In this document: positions 52,859 to 63,322 of the stretch, one piece after another | Position numbering within the stretch: the first letter of the stretch is position 1 | Layout: each line of letters starts with the position of its first letter | NCBI GenBank assembly: GCA_016871445.1 | Contig: VHDH01000003.1 | Coordinates: 15,299 to 79,298, forward strand | Reading direction: 5' to 3' | Source: Verrucomicrobiota bacterium | Lineage (GTDB): Bacteria; Verrucomicrobiota; Verrucomicrobiia; Limisphaerales; SXTU01 | DNA: 64,000 bases | Made by a program: the position numbers and the translations under genes | Notes under the pieces: generated by a model | Seen by the model: the letters and a program-made list of their open reading frames with translations, nothing else | Database searches by the model: none | What the model was told of the DNA's origin: nothing

Positions 52859-53371
52859 ATGATCTTGCCTGACGCTCTTTTCTACCTCTTCGCCTTCCTG
52901 ACGTTGCTGTTCGGCGCGTTGGTGGTGGCCAATCCGTTCAGCCGCAACCCGGTCACGAGCGCGATGTTCCTTGTGCTCACCATCTGCGCGATGGCTGGAC
53001 TCTTCGTGCTCCTCAACGCCTTTTTCCTCGCGGCGGTGCAAATCCTCGTCTATGCGGGCGCGGTGATGGTGCTCTTCCTCTTCGTCATCATGCTGCTGGA
53101 TCTTAAGGAAGAGCAGCGCCGGAAAATCAACCTCTTCGGCATCGTCACCGGCTCAGGCGCGGTGTTAGGCTTGGGCTTCCTGCTCACGCGCACCATCTGG
53201 GGTGGCGACTTCTCGCAGACCGCCACGCCCAAGGTCATCGGCGACACCAAGGCGCTGGGCCTCGAACTGTTCACCAAGGGCCAGTTCCTCCTCCCCTTTG
53301 AAATCGTCTCCGTCCTCCTGCTCGTGGCGATGGTGGGCGTAATTCTCCTAAGCAAGAAAGAGCTGAAATGA
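52859..53371 (+). CDS. nuoJ: NADH-quinone oxidoreductase subunit J
   Basis: Five-TM protein with [10 protein letters not shown] and C-terminal [16 protein letters not shown] typical of NuoJ. ATG at 52859 is preferred over TTG at 52844. Confidence 0.9.
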   Translation: MILPDALFYLFAFLTLLFGALVVANPFSRNPVTSAMFLVLTICAMAGLFVLLNAFFLAAVQILVYAGAVMVLFLFVIMLLDLKEEQRRKINLFGIVTGSGAVLGLGFLLTRTIWGGDFSQTATPKVIGDTKALGLELFTKGQFLLPFEIVSVLLLVAMVGVILLSKKELK

Positions 53372-53673
53372 ACGTTGGCCTCGAACATTACCTCACCGTC
53401 AGCGCGATGCTTTTCTGCCTCGGGTTGCTGGGGGTCATTCTGCGGCGCAATGTCCTCGTCATCTACATGTCGCTGGAGTTGATGCTCAACGCCGCCAACC
53501 TCGCGCTCGTCGCTTTTTCGCGCTTCAACGACAATCTCACAGGCCAGACGATGGTCTTCTTTATCATCACCGTCGCAGCGGCCGAAGTCGCCGTCGGCCT
53601 CGCGCTAATCGTCGCGCTCTACCGCAAGCGCCAGTCTGCGCACGTGGAGGACCTGACCTCGCTGAAACTCTGA
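53368..53673 (+). CDS. nuoK: NADH-quinone oxidoreductase subunit K
   Basis: 101-aa, three-TM protein with [10 protein letters not shown] and [13 protein letters not shown] motifs. The start overlaps the nuoJ stop (ATGA). Confidence 0.94.
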   Translation: MNVGLEHYLTVSAMLFCLGLLGVILRRNVLVIYMSLELMLNAANLALVAFSRFNDNLTGQTMVFFIITVAAAEVAVGLALIVALYRKRQSAHVEDLTSLKL

Positions 53674-53674
53674 C

Positions 53675-55645
53675 ATGGAACCCACTTCGAGCATTGCCGG
53701 AATGTCCGCGCTGTTGGTGCTGCTGCTGCCCCTGTTGGCCGCGGCCGGCATCGCCCTGGTCTGGAAAAAGGACGAGGAATTCAGCGCTCAACTTTCCATC
53801 GGCGCGATTGCCCTCGGCTTCGTCCTGAGCCTTGGCCTGTTTGCCTTCACACCGGCCAAACCGCAGGAATTTGCCTTCAATTGGCTGGCCGTCGGCGACC
53901 TGAAAATCTCCTTCGGCTTCCTGCTCGACCCGCTTTCCAAGCTCATGCTCCTCGTCGTGACGGGCGTCGGGCTGATGATTCACATCTACTCGCGCGGCTA
54001 CCTGCACGGCGACCGCTCGTTTAGCCGCTACTTCGCCAGCCTGAGCCTCTTCACCTTCTCGATGCTCGGCATCGTGCTCGCGAATAACCTCTTCATGATG
54101 TTCGTGTTTTGGGAACTGGTCGGCGTGAGCAGCTACCTGCTCATCGGCTTCTGGTTCGAGAAGCACTCCGCCGCTGACGCCGCGAAAAAAGCCTTTCTTA
54201 CCAATCGTGTGGGCGACTTCGGCTTCATCCTCGGCATCCTCCTCACGTGGCTCGCGCTCGGCTCATTGAACTTCACCGAGTTGGCCAGCGCGCTTGATGG
54301 CAAGGCGCTTCCCTTCGCCAGCCTCGTCGAGCCGCTCAACCGTCTCGTCGGCAGCACGAATTGGTGGACCGTCCACCCGAACGTCCTGGCCACGCTCGTC
54401 GGCCTGCTGCTCTTCATGGGCGCGATGGGCAAGTCCGCGCAGTTCCCGCTCCACGTCTGGCTGCCGGACGCGATGGAAGGTCCCACGCCCGTCAGCGCGC
54501 TGATTCACGCCGCCACGATGGTCGCCGCCGGCGTGTTCATGCTCTGCCGCATCTTCTTCCTGCTCGAAATCCCCGGCTCGCACGCGTTGGAGTTCATCGC
54601 GTGGACGGGCGGCGTCACCGCGCTGCTGGCCGCGCTCATGGCGCTACAACAAAACGACATCAAGCGCATCCTCGCCTACTCCACGCTCTCGCAGCTCGGC
54701 TACATGGTGATGGCCGTGGGCCTGCACGCGCCCGGCCCGGCGATGTTTCATCTCACCACGCATGCGGCTTTCAAGGCGCTGCTTTTCCTCGGGGCTGGCT
54801 CGGTGATTCTGGCCTGCCACCACGAGCAGAACATCTGGAAGATGGGCGGCCTGCACGACGCGATGCCGCGCACGTGGTGGACGTTCCGCTGGGGCACGCT
54901 CGCGCTCTGCGGCGTTTGGCCCTTCGCAGGCTTTTTCAGCAAGGACGCCATTCTCGCCAGCGCGCTGGAACACAAGAACATTCCCCTCTTCGTCCTCGGC
55001 GTATTCGTCGCAGGCCTTACGACCTTCTACATGAGCCGCCTCGTCCTAGTCGCCTTTTGCGGCAACGCCCGCAGCGAAGCAGCCAGCCACGCGCACGAAT
55101 CGCCCGGCGTGATGACCTGGCCGCTCGTTGCGCTCGCCTTGCCCACACTGCTGGCCGGAGCCATCGGCATCGACGCCTTCATCGCCAAGGCCCTGCCCAG
55201 CGAGCACCCGTCGCCCAACGAGGGTTTACTGAATAACCTCTTCGCGCCGTTCAACCACAACATCCTTGCTGCGGGTTTCGGCCTGCTTGCGGTGGTCGCT
55301 GGTTGGCAACTCGCCCGCACGCTTTACACGAACGCGATGAGCGATCCGTTGCCGGAGAAAATTGGCGTCTTCGCAAAAATGGCCCGCGATCGCTTCTACT
55401 TCGATGAGCTTTACGCGTGGCTCATCCGCGTCACGCAGGAGACCCTCGCGCGGTTGGCGGACTGGGTAGACCGCTGGATTATCGCCGGCTTCGTCGTGCG
55501 CGGCACGCACGGCACCACCGAGCTGGTCGGCCGCGTCCTCCGCCTTGTGCAGACCGGCAGCCTTCAAACCTACGCCTTCCTCTTCGCCGCTGGCGTTGTG
55601 CTAGTGCTGGCGTGGCAGCTCCTCGGCACTTCGCCTACCCACTGA
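53675..55645 (+). CDS. nuoL: NADH-quinone oxidoreductase subunit L
   Basis: Antiporter-like subunit with WELVGVSSYLLIGFW, KSAQFPLHVWLPDAMEGPTPVSALIHAATMV, and the C-terminal lateral-helix region. Confidence 0.95.
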   Translation: MEPTSSIAGMSALLVLLLPLLAAAGIALVWKKDEEFSAQLSIGAIALGFVLSLGLFAFTPAKPQEFAFNWLAVGDLKISFGFLLDPLSKLMLLVVTGVGLMIHIYSRGYLHGDRSFSRYFASLSLFTFSMLGIVLANNLFMMFVFWELVGVSSYLLIGFWFEKHSAADAAKKAFLTNRVGDFGFILGILLTWLALGSLNFTELASALDGKALPFASLVEPLNRLVGSTNWWTVHPNVLATLVGLLLFMGAMGKSAQFPLHVWLPDAMEGPTPVSALIHAATMVAAGVFMLCRIFFLLEIPGSHALEFIAWTGGVTALLAALMALQQNDIKRILAYSTLSQLGYMVMAVGLHAPGPAMFHLTTHAAFKALLFLGAGSVILACHHEQNIWKMGGLHDAMPRTWWTFRWGTLALCGVWPFAGFFSKDAILASALEHKNIPLFVLGVFVAGLTTFYMSRLVLVAFCGNARSEAASHAHESPGVMTWPLVALALPTLLAGAIGIDAFIAKALPSEHPSPNEGLLNNLFAPFNHNILAAGFGLLAVVAGWQLARTLYTNAMSDPLPEKIGVFAKMARDRFYFDELYAWLIRVTQETLARLADWVDRWIIAGFVVRGTHGTTELVGRVLRLVQTGSLQTYAFLFAAGVVLVLAWQLLGTSPTH

Positions 55646-55647
55646 CC

Positions 55648-57222
55648 ATGTCGCTGCTCTCCGCCATTTTCCTGCTCCCGCTGCTGGCCGCGCTCGTGGT
55701 CTTGTGCATTCCACGCAATTACAAGTTTGTCATCCGCCTCATCTCGCTCGGGGCAACGTTTGCTGCGATGCTGTTAGCCCTCGCGCTGTTCGCCAGGTAC
55801 GACGCGGCCCCAGTCGAGAACGGCTTCAAGTTCGTCGAGCGACACGCGTGGGTGAGCGTCTCGGCACTGAAGCTCGACATCGGTTGGCACCTAGGCGTGG
55901 ACGGCATCAACCTCGGCCTCATCGTAATGGGCGCCATCGTGGCTTTCGCCGCCGCGTGCGTGTCGCGCGAAATCAAGCGCTTGGAGAAGGAGTATTACAC
56001 CCTGCTGCTCGTGATGACCGGCGGCATCCTCGGCGCGTTCGCCTCGCTGAACCTGTTTTTCTTCTACTTCTTCCATGAACTGGCATTGGTGCCGACCTTC
56101 ATCATGATTGGCGTCTGGGGCCATGGCGAAAACCGCAACTACGCCACTTTCAAAATCACCATTTACCTCAGCCTTGGCGCGCTCCTCGCGCTGGCCGGCC
56201 TAATCGCGCTTTATCTCCAGTCCGGCGCCAACACTTTCGACCTCGTCGAGTTGACGAAGAAGGTGAAGTCCCGCCCGCTACCGCTCGCTGCGCAGTCGTT
56301 CATCTTTCCGCTGCTCCTCTTCGGGTTTGGCATCCTCGTTTCGCTTTGGCCGTTTCATACTTGGGCGCCGCTGGGCTACGGCTCCGCGCCGACCGCGACC
56401 GCGATGCTGCACGCGGGCGTGCTGAAGAAGTTCGGCCTCTACGGCCTGCTGCGCGTAGGCATCCCGCTCATGCCCGATGGCGCGGGGGCGTGGCTGGAAA
56501 TCCTCGCCTTGCTCTGCCTCGGCAACATCGTTTACTGCGGCCTCGTCGCGATGCGGCAGAAGGATTTGAACCTGCTCATCGGCAACTCCAGCGTCGCGCA
56601 CATGGGCTTTATCTTCCTTGGCATAGCCAGCCTGAACCTCGTGGGCGTGACCGGCGCAGTGGTCGTGATGGTTGCACACGGATTCCTCGCAGCGCTGACG
56701 TTTGGCCTGAGTGGTGCGCTACGTGAAAAAACCGGCACGCTCGAACTGGAAAAGCTCGGCGGTCTGCTGCGGCAAATTCCTTTCCTTGGGGCTGCACTGG
56801 TAATGGCCATGCTAGCGGGCTGCGGCTTGCCGGGCTTCGCGAACTTCGTTGGCGAGGCCATGGTGCTCTTCGGCTCCTGGCGCGTCTTCCCGCTGGTGAC
56901 GACAATTGCCGCGTGGGGTGCGCTCATCATCGGTGCCGTCTACATGCTGCGCGCCATACGCAACATTCTGCACGGACCGGGGAAGCCTGAGTGGGCTGAG
57001 CTCCAAGACGCCAGCGCATGGGTCAAGGTGCCGTTTGTGCTCCTTCTCGGTGCGCTCTTGTTGCTCGGAATCTGGCCGCGTCTGCTAATCGATAAGATTC
57101 AACCCAGTGTCGTCCCCATCATCGCAATGGCCGAGGCGAAGTCCGCCGACAAAGCCGTGCGGCCCAGCGACTTGAAGAAGGGCGCCGAAGACGCCAAGCA
57201 GCGCGCCGTGCGGCCGCGATAA
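55648..57222 (+). CDS. nuoM: NADH-quinone oxidoreductase subunit M
   Basis: ATG at 55648 (MSLLSAIFLLPLL), 2 nt after the nuoL stop. Antiporter-like motifs FFHELALVPTFIMIGVWG and WPFHTWAP. Confidence 0.94.
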   Translation: MSLLSAIFLLPLLAALVVLCIPRNYKFVIRLISLGATFAAMLLALALFARYDAAPVENGFKFVERHAWVSVSALKLDIGWHLGVDGINLGLIVMGAIVAFAAACVSREIKRLEKEYYTLLLVMTGGILGAFASLNLFFFYFFHELALVPTFIMIGVWGHGENRNYATFKITIYLSLGALLALAGLIALYLQSGANTFDLVELTKKVKSRPLPLAAQSFIFPLLLFGFGILVSLWPFHTWAPLGYGSAPTATAMLHAGVLKKFGLYGLLRVGIPLMPDGAGAWLEILALLCLGNIVYCGLVAMRQKDLNLLIGNSSVAHMGFIFLGIASLNLVGVTGAVVVMVAHGFLAALTFGLSGALREKTGTLELEKLGGLLRQIPFLGAALVMAMLAGCGLPGFANFVGEAMVLFGSWRVFPLVTTIAAWGALIIGAVYMLRAIRNILHGPGKPEWAELQDASAWVKVPFVLLLGALLLLGIWPRLLIDKIQPSVVPIIAMAEAKSADKAVRPSDLKKGAEDAKQRAVRPR

Positions 57223-57235
57223 CTTTGACCGCCGA

Positions 57236-58696
57236 ATGAACGCCTCTCTCATTGTGCTTGAACTAGCTGTGGTCTGCCTCGGCTTGATCCTGCTTGCGCA
57301 AGACTTATACACGCCAGCCAAAGAACGGCGCACGCTGGGCTATGGTGCGGTGCTCGGTGTTGCCGTCATATTACTATACAGTTTTTTCGCGTTTGACGGC
57401 AACGAGACGCTCTACGCCTTTGGCAACGCCTACGTCCTAGACGGACTCGCACTATGGTTTAAGCGCTTTTTCCTCCTTGCTGCGTTGCTCGTGCTGATAA
57501 TGGCCGCCGAGTACAGCGATCGCTTTGAGGCTGGGCAGTCCGAGTTCTTCGCGCTCATCTTGTTTGCGCTCGCCGGAATGATGTTCGCCGCTTCAGCGAA
57601 TGACTTTACTCTCCTTTTTGTCTCGTTGGAGCTGATCACCGTAACTTTTTACGTTTTGGTCAGCTTCCTGCGTCGGCGGGTTGAGTCACTTGAGGCAGGG
57701 GTAAAGTATCTCATCCTAGGCGCGCTGTCGTCCGGCTTCCTCGTCTATGGCATCGCGCTCGTCTTCGGTGTCAGCGGCACGCTGAACTTTAATGAGTTGG
57801 CAGATAAACTTACTAACCACCCCGCACTTGGCCACAAGTCGTTACTCTTCACCGGCCTCTTGCTTGTGTTTGTGGGCCTTGGTTTCAAAATGGCTATCGT
57901 GCCATTTCAGATCTGGGCACCCGACGTGTATCAAGGCTCGCCCACGCCCACGACGGCTTTTCTATCCGTCGGCTCAAAGGCGGCGGGCGTTGTGCTGCTC
58001 ATGCGCCTGCTCGGCACCGCGATTCCCGATCTCGCTTTCAAGCTGGAAAAACTTCTTATGACGATGGCTGGGCTGTCGATTCTTTACGGTAGCCTCTGTG
58101 CTGTCCCGCAGCGCAACCTCAAGCGTCTACTCGGTTACAGCAGCATCGCCAGCGCGGGCTACTTGCTGCTGGGATTCGCCGTGATGAACAAGTCGGGCTC
58201 GTCCGCCGTGCTTTACTATCTCGCCGGCTATCTCTTCACTGCGCTCGCGGCATTTTCGGTCATCGCCATCGTCGTGCGAGAGGCCGGCGCGGAGGATATC
58301 GACTCGCTGGCCGGCCTCGCGCACAGGTCGCCATTGCTGGCCGCCACGCTGACGCTCGCGATGGTTTCGCTCGCCGGCATTCCGCCGCTCGCCGGCTTCT
58401 TTGGGAAATTCCTTCTGCTTAAGGCCGTCGTCGCCGAGGGCATTCGCTGGTCCGCATACTACTGGCTTTTTGCCGTTGCCGTCGCAGGCGTCCTCGTCTC
58501 GCTTTACTACTACTTCAACGTGGTAAGGGCGATTTACTGGAGTAAAAATGTTTCAGATTTCAAGCCGATTTCCCTCTCGTTGCCCACCAAGTTCGCCCTT
58601 GCCATTTGCATCGTCGGCATGCTTTGGCTCGGCCTTTACCCTGGCAACGCGCTTGAACTCGCGGTGGAAGCGGTAAAGTCGCTGAAGCTAGTGTGA
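57236..58696 (+). CDS. nuoN: NADH-quinone oxidoreductase subunit N
   Basis: The antiporter-like subunit with SLELITVTFYVL, KMAIVPFQIWAPDVYQGSPTP and YSSIASAGY. It is the last gene of the cluster. Confidence 0.94.
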   Translation: MNASLIVLELAVVCLGLILLAQDLYTPAKERRTLGYGAVLGVAVILLYSFFAFDGNETLYAFGNAYVLDGLALWFKRFFLLAALLVLIMAAEYSDRFEAGQSEFFALILFALAGMMFAASANDFTLLFVSLELITVTFYVLVSFLRRRVESLEAGVKYLILGALSSGFLVYGIALVFGVSGTLNFNELADKLTNHPALGHKSLLFTGLLLVFVGLGFKMAIVPFQIWAPDVYQGSPTPTTAFLSVGSKAAGVVLLMRLLGTAIPDLAFKLEKLLMTMAGLSILYGSLCAVPQRNLKRLLGYSSIASAGYLLLGFAVMNKSGSSAVLYYLAGYLFTALAAFSVIAIVVREAGAEDIDSLAGLAHRSPLLAATLTLAMVSLAGIPPLAGFFGKFLLLKAVVAEGIRWSAYYWLFAVAVAGVLVSLYYYFNVVRAIYWSKNVSDFKPISLSLPTKFALAICIVGMLWLGLYPGNALELAVEAVKSLKLV

Positions 58697-58807
58697 CCGA
58701 AGGAGTGGTCAGTTCCCTTTGGTCATTATTCAGATGAGCATTCGGCCTTCGTGCCCTCGCTGAACCCTGATCGCTTCGATCCCAACAGTTCGCACGGAAT
58801 CTACAGC

Positions 58808-59740
58808 TCAATGCATCTCCACCTCGCAAGTGCCAATGCCCTTGCGATAGTAATTGAATTGCACGTTGGGATGGTCGGCGAGAAGGGACATGGGCACAGC
58901 GCTGTCCACCAACTTGTTTGCAATCATGAACGCCGTAAGTCGCTGACCAAAGGGATTATCATGGAAACCGGCGTGCCAGATGGAGACCTTTTCTGCTAGC
59001 CACGTCTCTGCCGGACCGACGGTGATAGCTTGCTTGGGTACCAAAGTGACATTGCCGCCGCCGCTCGTGCGCGCGTTCTGCGCGATGGTCACGGGATGCA
59101 GATCCACCACACGCGTGGCGAGCTTGCGATACTCGGCGGGCGTGGGCGGGGCGTTCTTGTATTTGCCGTTACGCGGCAACGGGTCGTTGAAGGCCCAGTG
59201 CTTGATGTCGCCTTGGCCGCCTTGCATGACACAGCAGCGCACGCCGGAACCCCACGTGGCGCGATAGGCGCGCGTGTCGGCTTTGGGGAAGTGGAGGTTC
59301 CCGTCGGGCATGACGAGCTTGCGGTCAATCCGGTTGAAACACATCTCGCGGTCGCATTTCTCGAAGGAAAGCGGGTGTGTCACGGACGCTTCCTTGCCGT
59401 CAATGACCCATTCGTCCATGCCCCAAAAGTGGGCGTCGTGGAGCTTGAGGCCCAGTTCATTGACGATGCGCGCGACGAGCGGGAGTTGCTCGGTGGGGCC
59501 GATGGGGCCGCAGATGCCAGTGGGATTGTCGGGCGTGGCCTGCTTCCAAGCGTGGATGTATTCGAGCGCCTCGGCACAGTAGAAGTCTTCGAGCGTGTCG
59601 TAGAAGACGACCTTGAAGCCGGGGCGGGACAACTTCAGAAGTTTCTCCGGTGTGAGTTTGGCGGCGGCTTCGATGAGGTCGGTGTCGAGTGTGGTGTAAT
59701 CCCACCAGGCGGGGGCGAGTGAGGAAAACTTGCGTGACAT
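58808..59740 (-). CDS. Glucosamine-6-phosphate deaminase/6-phosphogluconolactonase-family protein (putative)
   Basis: 310 aa from ATG 59740. [13 protein letters not shown]...HFWGMDEW resembles the NagB/Pgl-fold substrate-binding region (xGSTP ... DE[YW]). The assignment is moderate. Confidence 0.6.
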   Translation of the reverse strand: MSRKFSSLAPAWWDYTTLDTDLIEAAAKLTPEKLLKLSRPGFKVVFYDTLEDFYCAEALEYIHAWKQATPDNPTGICGPIGPTEQLPLVARIVNELGLKLHDAHFWGMDEWVIDGKEASVTHPLSFEKCDREMCFNRIDRKLVMPDGNLHFPKADTRAYRATWGSGVRCCVMQGGQGDIKHWAFNDPLPRNGKYKNAPPTPAEYRKLATRVVDLHPVTIAQNARTSGGGNVTLVPKQAITVGPAETWLAEKVSIWHAGFHDNPFGQRLTAFMIANKLVDSAVPMSLLADHPNVQFNYYRKGIGTCEVEMH

Positions 59741-59903
59741 GGCGTGGGTTGTAAGGCGGGGTTGGAGCCGGAGCAATTTTTTAATGTTTAGTTTGTACTT
59801 TTCGATCGGCAATCGAAGAAGTAACAGCCATCTCAATCGACGAAGAATTGGTTCTGAACATTACCTCCTCGACTGCAATCTTCGCGCCCGCAAATATCAA
59901 CAA

Positions 59904-62015
59904 ATGAATTACCAGGGTCTAGTCATCATCGGTTTACTCTTTTTCACCGCTTCGCTGCGCGCCGCTCAGACTTTCACCGCCGACCTCGTCATTTACGGCC
60001 CCACGTCCGCTGGCGTGATCGCGGCGGTGCAGGCGAAGAAGCTCGGCAAGTCCGTCATCGTCGTCGGGCCGGACAAGCATCTCGGCGGCTTGTCAGCAGG
60101 TGGGCTGGGCTTCACGGACACAGGTAACAAAGCGGTCATCGGTGGCCTCTCGCGCGATTTCTATCACCGAGTCTGGAAGGAGTATCAGAAGCCCGAGGCG
60201 TGGCGTTGGCAGAAGCAGAGCGAATACGGCAACAAAGGCCAGGGCACGCCCGCGATGGACGGCGAGAACCGCACGATGTGGATTTTCGAGCCGAGCGTCG
60301 CCGAGCGCGTCTTCGAGGACTATGTGAAGGAGTTTCAGATTCCCGTCCACCGTGACGAGTGGCTTGACCGCGCCAAGGGCGTGAAGAAGACCGGCGCGCG
60401 CATCACGAGCATCACGATGTTGAGCGGCAAGACTTACACCGGGAAGATGTTCATGGACGCAACCTATGAGGGCGATTTGCTGGCGGCGGCGGGCGTAGAT
60501 TACCACGTCGGGCGCGAGGCGAACTCGCTTTATGGCGAGCAATGGAACGGCGTGCAGGTCGGCGTGCTGCATCACCGGCACCACTTCGGCGTGCTCAAAA
60601 CCAAAGTCAGCCCCTACGTCATCCCCGGCGACCCGAAGTCCGGCGTGCTCCCGCGCATCAGCCCCGCGCCGACTGGCGAATACGGCTCCGGCGACAAACG
60701 CGTGCAGGCCTACTGTTATCGTTACTGCGTGACCGACCACGAGGCGAACCGCATCCCGTTTCCGAAACCTGCCGGCTACGACCCGAAGCAATACGAGTTG
60801 CTCGTCCGCATCTACGAAGCCGGCTGGACCGAAACCTTCAACAAGTTCGACCCGATTCCTAACCACAAGACCGACTCGAACAACCACGGCCCGTTCAGCA
60901 CTGACAACATCGGGATGAACTACGATTACCCCGAGGCCAGCTACGAGCGCCGCCGTGAGATTCTCGCCGAGCACCGCACGTATCAGCAGGGCTGGCTTTA
61001 CTTCATCGCGAACGACCCGCGCGTGCCAAAGGAGACCCAGGAGCGGATGCGCAAGTGGGGCTTGCCCAAGGACGAGTTCAAGGACAACGGCAACTGGCCG
61101 CATCAAATTTACGTGCGCGAGGCCCGGCGGATGGTCGGGCATTTCGTGATGACCGAGAACGAACTGACCAAGAAGAAGCCCACCCCGGACTCCGTGGGCA
61201 TGGGCAGCTACACGATTGATTCACACAATGTGCAGCGCTACATCACGCCCGAGGGCTACGTACAGAACGAGGGCGACATCGGCGTGGGCATTTCGCCTTA
61301 CGCCATCGCCTACGGCTCGCTCGTGCCAAAGCGCGGGCAAGCGGACAACCTATTCGTCTCCATCTGCGTGAGCAGCTCGCACATCGCGTTCGGCAGCATC
61401 CGCATGGAGCCGGTGTTCATGATCCTCGGCCAGAGCGCGGCCACGGCGGCGGTGCTGGCGATGGACGGCAACCTCGCCGTGCAGGACGTGCCCTATGCGA
61501 AGCTGCGCGAGCAAATGCTGAAGGACGGCCAGGTGCTGGAATACGCGAACGCCGCGCCCGGCGGCAAAGCCAAGTCCGCGAAGGGCGTCGTAGACCAGAA
61601 ACAGCTCCCCGGCGTGGTCGTGGACGATGAAGACGCGAAGTTCACCGGCGATTGGAAAACCAGCAGCGCGAACGCGGGCTTCATCGGCAACGGCTACAAA
61701 CACGACGGCGCGGCCAAGGACGGCAAGTTCACCGCGCGCTTCGAGACGAAACTGCCCAAGGCTGGCCAATACGAAGTCTTCCTCGCCTATCCGCCCAACG
61801 CGAACCGCGCCTCGAAGGTCGCCGTGGAGATTACTCACGCCGGTGGCAAGGAAACGGTCTTCGTGGACCAGCGGAAAACCCCGGCGATTGACCAGCGTTT
61901 CCACCGCCTTGGCCGTTTCGACTTCACAATGGACCAGCCGGCAGTCGTGACCGTCTCGAACGCTGGCGCGGATGGCTATGTGGTGGTGGACGCCGTGCAG
62001 TTATTGCCGCGTTAA
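59904..62015 (+). CDS. Secreted FAD-dependent oxidoreductase with a C-terminal beta-sandwich (carbohydrate-binding-like) domain
   Basis: Signal peptide MNYQGLVIIGLLFFTASLRA, then the dinucleotide-binding DLVIYGPTSAGVIAAVQAKKLGKSVIVVGPDKHLGGLSAGGLG. The C-terminal ~120 aa (DDEDAKFTGDWKTSS...GYVVVDAVQLLP) resembles the accessory domains on proteins often annotated as xanthan-lyase-like. Confidence 0.75.
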   Translation: MNYQGLVIIGLLFFTASLRAAQTFTADLVIYGPTSAGVIAAVQAKKLGKSVIVVGPDKHLGGLSAGGLGFTDTGNKAVIGGLSRDFYHRVWKEYQKPEAWRWQKQSEYGNKGQGTPAMDGENRTMWIFEPSVAERVFEDYVKEFQIPVHRDEWLDRAKGVKKTGARITSITMLSGKTYTGKMFMDATYEGDLLAAAGVDYHVGREANSLYGEQWNGVQVGVLHHRHHFGVLKTKVSPYVIPGDPKSGVLPRISPAPTGEYGSGDKRVQAYCYRYCVTDHEANRIPFPKPAGYDPKQYELLVRIYEAGWTETFNKFDPIPNHKTDSNNHGPFSTDNIGMNYDYPEASYERRREILAEHRTYQQGWLYFIANDPRVPKETQERMRKWGLPKDEFKDNGNWPHQIYVREARRMVGHFVMTENELTKKKPTPDSVGMGSYTIDSHNVQRYITPEGYVQNEGDIGVGISPYAIAYGSLVPKRGQADNLFVSICVSSSHIAFGSIRMEPVFMILGQSAATAAVLAMDGNLAVQDVPYAKLREQMLKDGQVLEYANAAPGGKAKSAKGVVDQKQLPGVVVDDEDAKFTGDWKTSSANAGFIGNGYKHDGAAKDGKFTARFETKLPKAGQYEVFLAYPPNANRASKVAVEITHAGGKETVFVDQRKTPAIDQRFHRLGRFDFTMDQPAVVTVSNAGADGYVVVDAVQLLPR

Positions 62016-62075
62016 GTCATGCCGCCGTTATCCTTGTAACAGCCCGGGCCATCCGATCGTCAACTGTGTAACCAT

Positions 62076-63023
62076 ATGAACCGCCTTATCTCGCTCGCTG
62101 GGTTAATCGTCGTTGCCGTCGCATCCGCACAAGACCAGCCCAAAACCAACAAGTCCGGCACCGCCAAGGCCGGACCCGCCGTTGAAGCGCCACTGCCTGA
62201 GAGGGTGAAGGAATTCATCTACAAACGCGCGCCACAGGGCGAATTAAAGCTGTTCGTGCACCATCCGACAGACTGGAAGGCGTCGGACAAGCGACCCGCC
62301 ATCATTTTTTTCTTCGGCGGCGGCTGGAAAAACGGCACGCCGGGGCAGTTCCTCAATCAAGCCACCTACCTCGCCACGCGCGGAATGGTCGCAGTGCGAG
62401 CGGATTATCGGGTGAGTTCGCGCCAACAAACCTCCCCCGAGTCCGCCGTCGAGGATGCCAAAAGTGCGGTGCGTTGGGTGCGCTCCCGTGCGGCAGAGTT
62501 GGGCGTGGACCCGCAACGCATCGTGGCCGCTGGTGGCTCGGCAGGCGGGCATCTTGCCGCCTGCACAGGCATGACGGACGCATTTGACGCCAAGGACGAG
62601 GATGCGAAAATCTCCTCACGCCCGAACCTAATGGTGCTCTTCAATCCTGCACTCGATCTCGCGGCGCTCGAAGTCGCTGCGAAATGGCCGGAGGGTAAGG
62701 GCGACGGGAAGGTCATCGTGCCGCAGATTGATCCGGCCCGCTTCATCAAGCCGGGCGTCGTTCCCACCGTCATCTTTTTCGGCACGGATGACCGTATGGT
62801 TGACCATGCGCGTGCGTTTGCGGACCAATCTAAGGCCGTCGGCAACCGCTGCGAGATTTTTACCGCTGCTGGTCAACCGCATGGGTTTTTCAACCGCACT
62901 CCCTGGCAGGAAATCACACTGCGACAGGCAGATGTATTCCTCACCTCGGTCGGCTACCTCAAAGGCGAGCCGACGGTGAGGATTCCTGCCGAGGTCAAAG
63001 TGGAATTGAAGCGCGAGAAATGA
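62076..63023 (+). CDS. Secreted alpha/beta hydrolase (esterase, fold-3 type)
   Basis: Signal peptide, oxyanion-hole motif FFFGGGWKNG, nucleophile elbow GGSAGGHLA (GxSxG), and a distal QPHGF histidine. Confidence 0.8.
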   Translation: MNRLISLAGLIVVAVASAQDQPKTNKSGTAKAGPAVEAPLPERVKEFIYKRAPQGELKLFVHHPTDWKASDKRPAIIFFFGGGWKNGTPGQFLNQATYLATRGMVAVRADYRVSSRQQTSPESAVEDAKSAVRWVRSRAAELGVDPQRIVAAGGSAGGHLAACTGMTDAFDAKDEDAKISSRPNLMVLFNPALDLAALEVAAKWPEGKGDGKVIVPQIDPARFIKPGVVPTVIFFGTDDRMVDHARAFADQSKAVGNRCEIFTAAGQPHGFFNRTPWQEITLRQADVFLTSVGYLKGEPTVRIPAEVKVELKREK

Positions 63024-63275
63024 GCGGCCGCTATGATCGTCGCCAATCTTGGTCTTTGGTCGGATCATGCCCGTTGCGAGACGGGATGCCCGGCGTATCC
63101 ACGTCCGCGGCGATGAAGCCTGCGGTGTAGCTAGTACGAATGCCTTTTGAAGGGTGTGGTGTGCAGGCGAGATGAAGGCTCACGAGCCGTAGGCCGGGCT
63201 GGACGGGGCGGATTTCCACCTTGCACAGAATTCCAACCTGCGCGATTTGCCCCTGCGATGCGCAATGGCCGGTGG

Positions 63276-63297
63276 TTGTTCAAAAATTATTGAACAA
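63276..63297. promoter_or_regulatory. Palindromic candidate operator upstream of the regulator gene
   Basis: Perfect 8-bp inverted repeat TTGTTCAA-aaatta-TTGAACAA, 26 nt upstream of ATG 63323. The AT-rich core stands out in GC-rich DNA. Confidence 0.55.
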
Positions 63298-63322
63298 TTC
63301 TCGCTCGTGTGTTCAACTCCTC

